DNA of 32,000 nt from an uncultured Actinomycetes bacterium (GTDB lineage: Bacteria > Actinomycetota > Actinomycetes > S36-B12 > CAIYMF01), in assembly GCA_963843975.1 (NCBI GenBank), contig CAWJMG010000003.1, forward strand, positions 1,410,001-1,442,000, in the 5' to 3' direction. A program made the position numbers and the translations under genes. Shown here one piece after another: positions 13,913 to 23,591 of the stretch (position 1 is the stretch's first letter; every line of letters starts with the position of its first letter). The notes under the pieces were generated by a model, which was given only the letters and a program-made list of their open reading frames with translations, was not told where the DNA came from and searched no databases.

Positions 13913-14707
13913 CTAGCAATGCGCATTGCCGCCGCTCACCGCCGTCAGGTGGGCGAGGCCCGAGTCGCGCATGGCCTGTGCGAGCTCGGGGCTCTGCGCG
14001 GACGTGTCGCCGACGACCAGGCCGGGCAGGAGGCCGCGGACGTCCGACGACCGGTCTGAGACGGATGCCCGCAGCGACTCGCGGACGGCACCCGCACCGA
14101 CCTGGACCGGCGGCGGGCCGCGCACGACCTCCACCGTGTCGGCCATGAGCGTGGCAGCTCGGCCACGACGTGGATCCGCGGGAAGGAGCCGGCCGGTGGC
14201 GTGCAGTCCGGTGCCGGGCAGCAGCGAGGCGACGCCTGCGGACGCGTCTCCCGATGTGATCACCTGCACCGGCAGGTCGAGCTCGTACGTCTCGCCCGTA
14301 ACGGTGGCCGTCAGCAGCGCGGCCTCGAACGTCCACGCGTCGTCCATGCGTCGCGAGCCCGACGTACGGCCGTCGCGCACGCGCGGGTCGGACGTGGTCA
14401 CCAGCTCGGCCCGGACGAACGAGTGCGCGCCCGCCGCTGCCGCGAGCGGGCCGTCGAGCAGCGGCGCGACCCGCCACGCGGAGACGGACGCCGACAGGAG
14501 GACGAGCAGCCCGACGGCCGTGACGTCGACGGCTGTGACGGACGTGCGGCGGGAGGCCAGGGCGAGGGCTGCCGCGACGACGAGCGCGAGCGCCATCGCG
14601 AGCCCTGCGGGCGGGAGCGGGATCGACGGCGCCAGCCCGACCACAGCCGCGGCCGAGCCCCAGACGGCGACAGCCGCGATCGAGGCCCTCGTGGGTCGCG
14701 CGGTCAC
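13913..14707 (-). CDS. comEC: ComEC/Rec2 N-terminal fragment (truncated by the insertion; the last 3 codons, AHC, and the stop are element-derived)
   Basis: The GTG at 14707 overlaps the comEA stop (GTGA). TM helices and an OB-like region follow. The fragment ends ...LPGLVVGDTSAQSPELAQAMRDSGLAHLTAVSGGN-AHC*, so it breaks inside the conserved HL-AVSG-N competence-domain motif. Confidence 0.88.
   Translation of the reverse strand: MTARPTRASIAAVAVWGSAAAVVGLAPSIPLPPAGLAMALALVVAAALALASRRTSVTAVDVTAVGLLVLLSASVSAWRVAPLLDGPLAAAAGAHSFVRAELVTTSDPRVRDGRTSGSRRMDDAWTFEAALLTATVTGETYELDLPVQVITSGDASAGVASLLPGTGLHATGRLLPADPRRGRAATLMADTVEVVRGPPPVQVGAGAVRESLRASVSDRSSDVRGLLPGLVVGDTSAQSPELAQAMRDSGLAHLTAVSGGNAHC
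13926..13936. repeat. attR core (TTGCCGCCGCT)
   Basis: This is the second copy of the 11-nt core. The element-side sequence just before it, GCAATGCGCATTGC, is itself a 14-bp palindrome. Confidence 0.8.
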
Positions 14708-15447
14708 ACGGTCACCAGCGGCGCGAGCCGCTCGAAGGTGCGGTCGCCGATCCCCGACACCTCGCGCAGCTGGTCGACCGAGGCGAAGCGGCCGTTCTGC
14801 GTGCGCCAGTCGATGATGCGGCCGGCCATCACCGGACCCACCCCGGGCAGCGTGTCGAGGTCGTCGACGGTCGCGGTGTTGAGGTTCACGGGCCCGGCCG
14901 GTGCTCCGCTCCCGGAGCCGCTCGCTACCGGCGGCGCGGTCGCCGCGTCGTGCGCGACGTCGACCTGCTCGCCGTCCACGAGCAGGCGGGCGAGGTTGAG
15001 GCCGCCCGAGCTGCCGCCTTTGCTCAGCCCGCCCGCGGCCTCGATCGCATCGGCCACCCGGGATCCGGGCGGCAGCCGCACCAGCCCGGGACGCCGCACC
15101 TCCCCCACCACGTGCACGACGAGATCGGGCTGCGCGCTCGGCGAGGCCGAGCTGCCCGGCCGCCCGGCGAGCGAGCCCGACACCACCGGCATCGGCGTGC
15201 CGGGCACGAGCGCGACCGGAGTGGGGGCACCGCCGGTGACCGTACGCAGCAGCAGCCACGCGGCGAGCGCCGTGACGCCGACGGCGACGAGCACCGGGCG
15301 CGCCGCCATAGGCAGCACCCAGCGAGGTGCGCCCGGGGACGGACCGGTGCCGTCGTCGTCGTGCGGCGCTGCCCCGCCCGCGGCGAGCGCTCGGAGCCGC
15401 TCACGGACTGCGTCCGGGTCGGGGCGGGGTCGAGGGCGGGGCAGCAC
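14704..15447 (-). CDS. comEA: ComEA-like DNA receptor (SLBB plus helix-hairpin-helix)
   Basis: An N-terminal TM helix is followed by VVHVVGEVRRPGLVRLPPGSRVADAIEAAGG (SLBB). The C-terminus reads VNLNTATVDDLDTLPGVGPVMAGRIIDWRTQNGRFASVDQLREVSGIGDRTFERL (HhH). The start is uncertain; an internal ATG at 15309 is possible. Confidence 0.85.
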   Translation of the reverse strand: MLPRPRPRPDPDAVRERLRALAAGGAAPHDDDGTGPSPGAPRWVLPMAARPVLVAVGVTALAAWLLLRTVTGGAPTPVALVPGTPMPVVSGSLAGRPGSSASPSAQPDLVVHVVGEVRRPGLVRLPPGSRVADAIEAAGGLSKGGSSGGLNLARLLVDGEQVDVAHDAATAPPVASGSGSGAPAGPVNLNTATVDDLDTLPGVGPVMAGRIIDWRTQNGRFASVDQLREVSGIGDRTFERLAPLVTV

Positions 15448-15540
15448 GCCCGATGCTCGGCCGCGTCCTGCGACCTCCTCCCACGCGGCGCCTTACCGCC
15501 TGGGGACGACACGGCCCCGTCTCTGCCTGGGGACGGCCCG

Positions 15541-16161
15541 TCAGGAGCGGGTGACGACCGCCTGCAGGTTCTTCCGATGACGTACGACGACGAGCACGGT
15601 CAGCAGCGCGGCGAAGGCGATGTCGCTGCTGGGGTCGTCGAACCACAGCGCGGCGGGCACGAGCATCAGGCAGCCCGCGACCGAGGCCAGGCCGATGCGG
15701 CGCGTGACCGCCCACGCGCCGGCGAACACCACCAGCACGGGGATCGCCCAGAGCGGCTGCACCGCGAGGATCGCACCGAACGACGTGGCGACCCCCTTGC
15801 CACCCTTGCCGCGCAGCAGCGGCGAGGTCACGTGCCCGAGGACGGCGGCGAGGCCCGCGACGAGCGCGGGCACGTGGAGGCCGAGGGCCTCGAACCCGAC
15901 CACCACGACGTAGCCCTTGAGGATGTCGACGACGCCGACCAGGACGCCGACCTTCCAGCCGAACGCGCGGCCGGCGTTGGTCGCGCCCGGGTTGCCTGAG
16001 CCGACCGCTCGCAGGTCCGTGCTCCGCAGCCGCGCGATGCCCGCGGCCGGGTTGAGCATGCCGACGGCGTACCCGATCACAGCGGCACCGACGACGAGCA
16101 GCACCTGCACGGCGATGCTGCTGCCGGCCCAGGTGACGGCGAGACCGACGTACGCCTGCAT
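15541..16161 (-). CDS. plsY: Glycerol-3-phosphate acyltransferase PlsY
   Basis: The GSGNPGATNAGRAFG motif is present, along with multiple TM helices. The ATG at 16161 overlaps the degV-family stop (TGATG). The ORF-track start at 16182 is an alternative. Confidence 0.85.
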   Translation of the reverse strand: MQAYVGLAVTWAGSSIAVQVLLVVGAAVIGYAVGMLNPAAGIARLRSTDLRAVGSGNPGATNAGRAFGWKVGVLVGVVDILKGYVVVVGFEALGLHVPALVAGLAAVLGHVTSPLLRGKGGKGVATSFGAILAVQPLWAIPVLVVFAGAWAVTRRIGLASVAGCLMLVPAALWFDDPSSDIAFAALLTVLVVVRHRKNLQAVVTRS

Positions 16162-17010
16162 CACGCGGTGGGGCGCGGGCACACGGCGACCGCGACCATG
16201 CCCGGGCCGACATGGGCGCCGACGACGGCACCGACCTCGCTGACCATCACGACCGAGTCGGTGAGCCGCGTGTGGATCTTGGCGGCCAAAGTGCTGGCGC
16301 GCTCAGCCGCGTCGAGGTGGTGGACGGCGATGTCGCACGGGCGGCCGTCCGCGCGCTCGACCACGATCTCCTCGAGCCGGGCCAGGGCGCGCGAGCTCGT
16401 GCGCACCTTCTCCAGCGGCGTCACGCGTCCTTCGACGAGCTCGAGGATGGGCTTCACCGCCAAGGCCTGGCCGAGCAGCGCCTGGGCCGCGCCGATCCGG
16501 CCACCGCGGCGCAGGAAGTCCAAGGTGTCGACGTAGAAGAGCGCCGAGCTGCTCTCCGATGCGCGCACGCACGGCCGCAGCGACGTCCTCGAGGGACCCG
16601 CCTGCCTGGGCCACCCTCGCGCCGTCGAGGACGCCGAAGCCCATGCCCATCGCGACGCTGCGCGAGTCGATGACCTCGACGGGGATGGTGGCGTCGCGCG
16701 CGGCGAGGTGCGCGGAGTCGTAGGTGCCGCTCATGTCGCCCGACAGGTGCACCGACACCACGGCGGTCGCACCGGCGGCTGCGGCGTCCGCGTAGGCGCG
16801 GGCGAAGCGCTCGGGCGACGGGCGCGAGGTGGTGACGACGCCCCAACGGCGCAGCGCGGCTGCGACCTCGGTCGGCGTGATCTGCGTGCCCTCGTCGTAC
16901 GCCTGGCCGTCGACGACGACCTGCACGGGCACGACGGTGATGCCGTTGGCCGAGACGAGGTCGGCCGGCAGATAGGCGGTGGAGTCGGTGACGACTGCAA
17001 CCCTGCCCAT
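16161..17010 (-). pseudogene. DegV-family fatty-acid-binding protein, frame-disrupted near 16555-16572
   Basis: The N-terminal part MGRVAVVTDSTAYLPADL...GGSLEDVAAAVRAR is in one frame (ORF 16303..17034). The C-terminal part SESSSALFYVDTLDFLRRGGRIGAAQALLG...KPIL is in another (ORF 16161..16568). The total of 850 nt is not a multiple of 3, and the switch falls in the GTGCGTGCGCGCA tract. Confidence 0.8.
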
Positions 17011-17052
17011 AGCGCCGACCCTACCCACTGCCACCCGGTCGCTGAGACTGAT

Positions 17053-17089
17053 CGATCCGTCGCTTCCCGGTGCAGGAAGCGACGGATCG
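17053..17089 (-). terminator. Stem-loop downstream of leuS
   Basis: A 15-bp perfect stem, CGATCCGTCGCTTCC / GGAAGCGACGGATCG, encloses a 7-nt loop. It lies about 22 nt after the leuS stop. Confidence 0.65.
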
Positions 17090-17110
17090 GTCAGTACGAG
17101 CGGGGTGGGG

Positions 17111-19603
<2,493 letters not shown>

Positions 19604-19640
19604 CGATGTCTCTCGTCAGCTCGTCATGGCCCCGGACAAG

Positions 19641-19665
19641 GAAAAACCCCTCACGCAGGAGGGGT
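19641..19665 (-). terminator. Intrinsic-terminator-like hairpin with a U-tract inside the leuS upstream region (terminator of the upstream gene or a leader attenuator)
   Basis: The minus strand reads ACCCCTC-CTGCGT-GAGGGGTTTTTC. The hairpin lies only about 38 nt upstream of the leuS ATG and about 130 nt downstream of the methyltransferase stop. Confidence 0.5.
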
Positions 19666-19795
19666 CAGCCGCACCGGTGCCGCCGGCGGGGGTGCCTAGC
19701 GGCTGTCGTTCCGGTGCGGCCCCGTAAGCAGGAGGCCGTTTCGCACCCGTCCAGGATAGCCGAGCCGGGCGTTCTTCCTCGCGCAGGATGGCGGG

Positions 19796-20404
19796 TCAGG
19801 ACCTCGGCGTACGGCGGAGCACGGCGACCACGAAGTCGGCGCCGTCCTTCCACGGCCGCAGGTCCCAGGTGGAGAACAGGTGCTCGACCTCGAACCCGGC
19901 CGTGGCCGCGTCGGCGGCGAGGTGCTCGGGCTCGTAGCCGCGGCCGGTCGCGAACCCGAGGACCGCGGGGCCGTCGTCGACGAGGTGGGCGGCCAGGCGC
20001 TCGAGGACGGCGCTCTCGGTGCCCGGCGCCACGAAGACCATGACGTTGCCGGCCATGACCGCGCCGTGGAAGGGCTCGGTGTGGCCCTCGGCCGCGAGGT
20101 CGAGCTCGGTGAGGTCGGCCACGTGCCAGGACGGGCCGGGGTGGTCCTCGCGGGCGGCCGCCACGAGGACGGGGTCCGCATCCACGCCCACCACGGTGTG
20201 GCCGCGGCGGTGCAGCTCGGCACCGACGCGCCCGGTGCCGCTGCCGGCGTCCAGCACCCGCGACCCGGGCGGTACGAGCGCGTCCAGCAGCCTCGCCTCG
20301 CCCGAGATGTCGCGGCCCTCCGCGGCGTACGCGCGGAACGTGGCGACGTACTGCTCGGAGTGGTCGTCCGGAGTCTCGGTCGCCCAGCGGGTCGGCTCAG
20401 CCAT
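19796..20404 (-). CDS. Class I SAM-dependent methyltransferase
   Basis: Motif I reads VLDAGSGTGRVGAEL and the acidic post-I motif is VVGVDAD. The product is 202 aa. Confidence 0.8.
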   Translation of the reverse strand: MAEPTRWATETPDDHSEQYVATFRAYAAEGRDISGEARLLDALVPPGSRVLDAGSGTGRVGAELHRRGHTVVGVDADPVLVAAAREDHPGPSWHVADLTELDLAAEGHTEPFHGAVMAGNVMVFVAPGTESAVLERLAAHLVDDGPAVLGFATGRGYEPEHLAADAATAGFEVEHLFSTWDLRPWKDGADFVVAVLRRTPRS

Positions 20405-20429
20405 GCGCCCAGGCTACGGCGATGAGGGA

Positions 20430-21158
20430 CTACCAGCGGGCGAGGAGGTCGGCGGCGAGGGCGCGACCGATGGCCGTGTGGACCTCCCACCCCCAGTGCA
20501 TCCCGTCGGGGTTGCCCGTGCCGGCGGCCAGCGACGGCGCCACGATCGGGTCGAGCTCGACCAGGCCCGTGCCATGGGCGGTGGCCCAGCGACGCGCGGC
20601 CGAGACCGCGGGGTCGTGCTGGCGGTGCGACGGGTACGACGGCGCCGCGTGCGGCGACGGCCCGAGCAGCACCGCCGGGATCCCCGGCCGGTAGTGGTGG
20701 ACGCCGTCGACGATGCGGCCGAGGTAGTGGTCGGTCGCGGCCTGCGGCAGCTGCCGCATCCGGCCGTCGGTCGCGCGGATCACCCACGGCGCCGCGGCGT
20801 TGTACGCCGTCCGCACGCGCCGGCGCAGCGATCCCGGGCGCACGAACGGGATGCCCTCGCGCAGGTACGTCGGCAGCGCCGCCGGCAGGTGGTCCATCTG
20901 CCCGACGCCGAGCACGAGCGCGTCCGCGCGCGGCATGAGCTCGCCCCAGGTGTTCGGGTCCTTGGTCAGCGACCACCAGGCATCCCGCGCGGTCCAACCG
21001 AGGCGTGCGACGAGGTCCGCGTGCACCTCCTCGCCGAGCGCCTCGGTCAGCGCCACGGCCATCACCTGCGGATAGAGCCGCGGGTCGCTAGGCCGGTGGG
21101 CCTGGTCGGGCCCGTGGAAGGCGAGTGAGTCGCCGAAGACCAGGACGTGCCGCGTCAC
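20430..21158 (-). CDS. SGNH/GDSL-family hydrolase
   Basis: Block I reads VLVFGDSLAF and block V-like reads NPDGMHWG. The product is 242 aa. Confidence 0.7.
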   Translation of the reverse strand: MTRHVLVFGDSLAFHGPDQAHRPSDPRLYPQVMAVALTEALGEEVHADLVARLGWTARDAWWSLTKDPNTWGELMPRADALVLGVGQMDHLPAALPTYLREGIPFVRPGSLRRRVRTAYNAAAPWVIRATDGRMRQLPQAATDHYLGRIVDGVHHYRPGIPAVLLGPSPHAAPSYPSHRQHDPAVSAARRWATAHGTGLVELDPIVAPSLAAGTGNPDGMHWGWEVHTAIGRALAADLLARW

Positions 21159-21162
21159 CGGC

Positions 21163-22521
21163 TCACTGCCCGAGCTCGGTCAGGACGGCGTCGAGCTCGG
21201 TGACGAAGCGGTCGGCGTCCTCGAGCGAGAAGCACAGCGGCGGCCGGATCTTCAACGCGTCGTTGTAGATGCCCGCAGTGCCGACGAGCACGTGGTGCTC
21301 CTTGAGCCCGTTGACGACGGCGAGGGTGAGGTCCTCTGCCTCGGCGTACGACGCGAGGCCGAACTCGAGCGCCACGAAGAGGCCTGCGCCCCGCACGTCG
21401 CTCGCAGCCGGATGCCGCGAGGCCAGCGAGCGCAGCGACTCCTGCAGGTGGGCGCCGACCACGCGCGCGTTCTCCTGCAGTCCCTCCTCGCGGACGACGT
21501 CGAGCACCGCCTGCGCTGCCGCGATCGCGACGGCGTTGCCGCCGAAGGTGTTGAAGTAGCGCATGTCGCGGCCGAACTCGGACACGACCTCGGGCGTCAT
21601 CACCGTGGCTGCGACGGGGAACCCGTTGCCCATCGGCTTGCCGATCGTCATGAGGTCGGGCACGAACGGCGACTCGGCCGTGCCGTGCCGCTGGAAGCCC
21701 CACATCGCGTCACCGGTTCGACCGAAGCCGGGCTGCACCTCGTCGGCGAGGTAGACGCCGCCGGCCGCGGCGACGACCGAGCGCACCGGGGCGAGGAAGC
21801 CGGCCGGGTCGGCGAGCACGCCGTCGGAGGCGAAGATCGAGTCGGCGACGAAGGCAGCGAGCTTCACGCCGTGCGCAGCCAGGTCGTCGATGGCCTCCTG
21901 CACCTGCGCGGCAAACCAGTCCCCCAGCGAGTCGTAGCCCGACCAGTCGACGCGGCGCGTGTCCGGCGCCGGCACCCACCGCACCCAGTCGGGAAGCGCG
22001 TCGACGCCGATCAGCGACGGCGAGATCGACGCGATCTCGGTCGAGACGCCGTGGTACGCGTTGCGCGTCACGATCACGCCGGTGCCGCCGGTGTGCTTCT
22101 TGGCGATGCGCAGCGCGAGGTCGCCAGCCTCTGACCCGGTGCACGTGAACATCACGTGCCGGAGCTCGCCCGGCAGCGTCGAGAGCAGGTCCTCGGCGTA
22201 GTCGACGATCGCCTCGTGCAGATAGCGCGTGTGCGTGCTCAGCACCGCCGCCTGCTCCGCGATCGCAGCGGTCACCCGGGGGTGCGCATGCCCCACGGAC
22301 GGCACGTTGTTGTAGGTGTCGAGGTACTCCACGCCGTCGAGGTCGTACAGCTTGGTGCCGGAGCCGCGCACGATGTGGAGCGGCTGCCGGTAGAAGAGCC
22401 GGTACGCCGGGCCGAGCGCGTCGATGCGTCGACGCACGAGGCCGCCGGTGACGGGGTCGAGCCGGTCGAGATCGGCCGGGTCGAAGTACGACGACGGACC
22501 GATCGTGCGGGGCTCGCTCAT
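21163..22521 (-). CDS. Class III (PLP-dependent) aminotransferase-fold enzyme
   Basis: The start is MSEPRTIGP (ATG 22521, overlapping the upstream stop as ATGA). Motifs include ...FTCTGSEAGDLALRIAK..., ...ADEVQPGFGRTGD...W and ...TIGKPMGNGFP (PLP lysine context). The ORF-track extension to 23076 is off-frame shadow over the kinase gene. Confidence 0.85.
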   Translation of the reverse strand: MSEPRTIGPSSYFDPADLDRLDPVTGGLVRRRIDALGPAYRLFYRQPLHIVRGSGTKLYDLDGVEYLDTYNNVPSVGHAHPRVTAAIAEQAAVLSTHTRYLHEAIVDYAEDLLSTLPGELRHVMFTCTGSEAGDLALRIAKKHTGGTGVIVTRNAYHGVSTEIASISPSLIGVDALPDWVRWVPAPDTRRVDWSGYDSLGDWFAAQVQEAIDDLAAHGVKLAAFVADSIFASDGVLADPAGFLAPVRSVVAAAGGVYLADEVQPGFGRTGDAMWGFQRHGTAESPFVPDLMTIGKPMGNGFPVAATVMTPEVVSEFGRDMRYFNTFGGNAVAIAAAQAVLDVVREEGLQENARVVGAHLQESLRSLASRHPAASDVRGAGLFVALEFGLASYAEAEDLTLAVVNGLKEHHVLVGTAGIYNDALKIRPPLCFSLEDADRFVTELDAVLTELGQ

Positions 22522-23573
22522 GACACTCCCTGGACGGGGCTGGGCGGCTCGGCCGCGACGAGGCGGCGCAGCGCAGCGATCGCGTGGCCGTTCGCGCGCA
22601 GCGTGTGATGGGCGTTGCCGGGATTGGTCGCGGCGAGCCAGGAGTTGACGAGCATCCGCTGCGCCATCCGCGCCCGGACCAGGTGCGGCAGCAGGTCGAT
22701 CTCGTCTGCGGTCAGCGGGCGGGTGCTCACGTACCCGTCCGCCAGGTCGTACGCCGGCCGCCACGGGTCGACCGTCGGGTCGGCGAGGGCCTCGACCGAG
22801 GGCACGGCGTACGCCATGGCCACCGCGAGATCGGCCACGACCGCGGTGCTCACCATGTCGCCGAAGTCGAGGATGCCGCTGACCCAGCCGGCGTCGTCGA
22901 CGACGACGTTGTCCATGTTGGCGTCGTTGTGCACGACCTGGTGCCGGACGCGCACGAGCCCCGGCGCGGTCACGGCGTCGTACCGGTCGAGCTCGGCCTC
23001 GACGTCTGCACGTGCCTCGGCGTCGTCGATGTGGACCAGGTGCGGTCGCAGGGTCGCGAGCCTCTGCAGGTCCCACGCCAGCACCCGATCGGCGCCGGGG
23101 TGCGAGAACCCCACCAGCGCGAGCGAGAGCCGCCCGATGGCGGCGCCGACCGCCCGGCGCTGCTCGGGTGTCGTGCGGTCGTAGTCGAGGGTGCGGCCCG
23201 GCAGGAACGACAGCACGCGCATGAGCCTCGGCTCGCCGTCGGTGCCGGCAACCGTGCAGGACGCAGCGCCGCCGACGTCGGGCACCACCCGCGGGAGGGG
23301 GAAGCCTGGGTCGACGCGGGCGACGTGCTGAAGGGCGGCGAGCTGCATCGTGACGACCTCGACGTCGTCGGCCGGGTTCGCGATCTTGAGCACGTAGCGG
23401 TCGGCGCCGACCGTGAGGCCGAAGGTGTCGTCGCGCTCGGTGTCGAAGCGGCGCACACCGGTGACCGCGAGGCCGTACCTCTCCGTGGCCAGCTCGACGG
23501 CCCGCTCGAGCCCGAGCGGTGTGAACGGCGCCGCGATCGCGTCGTCGGTGCGCAGCTCGTCCACCCGCCGCAC
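22518..23573 (-). CDS. Aminoglycoside-phosphotransferase (APH)-fold kinase
   Basis: The catalytic loop reads VVHNDANMDNVVV and the metal-binding motif reads ILDFGD. The product is 351 aa and is translationally coupled to the aminotransferase. Confidence 0.8.
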   Translation of the reverse strand: MRRVDELRTDDAIAAPFTPLGLERAVELATERYGLAVTGVRRFDTERDDTFGLTVGADRYVLKIANPADDVEVVTMQLAALQHVARVDPGFPLPRVVPDVGGAASCTVAGTDGEPRLMRVLSFLPGRTLDYDRTTPEQRRAVGAAIGRLSLALVGFSHPGADRVLAWDLQRLATLRPHLVHIDDAEARADVEAELDRYDAVTAPGLVRVRHQVVHNDANMDNVVVDDAGWVSGILDFGDMVSTAVVADLAVAMAYAVPSVEALADPTVDPWRPAYDLADGYVSTRPLTADEIDLLPHLVRARMAQRMLVNSWLAATNPGNAHHTLRANGHAIAALRRLVAAEPPSPVQGVS

Positions 23574-23591
23574 GCTATCCGACGACCTCGC

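Larger units (their letters stand above)
4204..13936. mobile_element. ~9.7 kb serine-integrase integrative element (phiRv1-like / phage-satellite-like) inserted in comEC
   Basis: It is flanked by the direct core TTGCC(A/G)CCGCT and interrupts a conserved ORF in-frame. The integrase lies at one edge, followed by Xis-like, replication-type ATPase, connector and capsid genes. The right half is a lower-GC cargo block. Confidence 0.85.

Noticed and set aside
13855-14148. Plus-strand ORF spanning attR
   Set aside because: It lies antisense to the comEC N-terminal fragment and is Pro/Arg-rich. It crosses the element boundary by chance.
14708-15259. N-terminal extension of the comEC fragment ORF (13913..15259)
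   Set aside because: The extension overlaps comEA in another frame and is Arg/Gly/Ala-rich nonsense. GTG 14707, coupled to the comEA stop, is the sensible start.
19604-19795. T-box riboswitch upstream of leuS
   Set aside because: I found no match to the T-box consensus (AAnnnGGGUGGUACCGCG) or to a specifier-loop layout. Only a generic helix plus terminator is present, which is reported separately as an unexplained structure.
22522-23076. N-terminal extension of the aminotransferase ORF (21163..23076)
   Set aside because: It overlaps the kinase gene out of frame and is extremely Arg-rich. The ATG at 22521 gives a normal 452-aa class-III enzyme.
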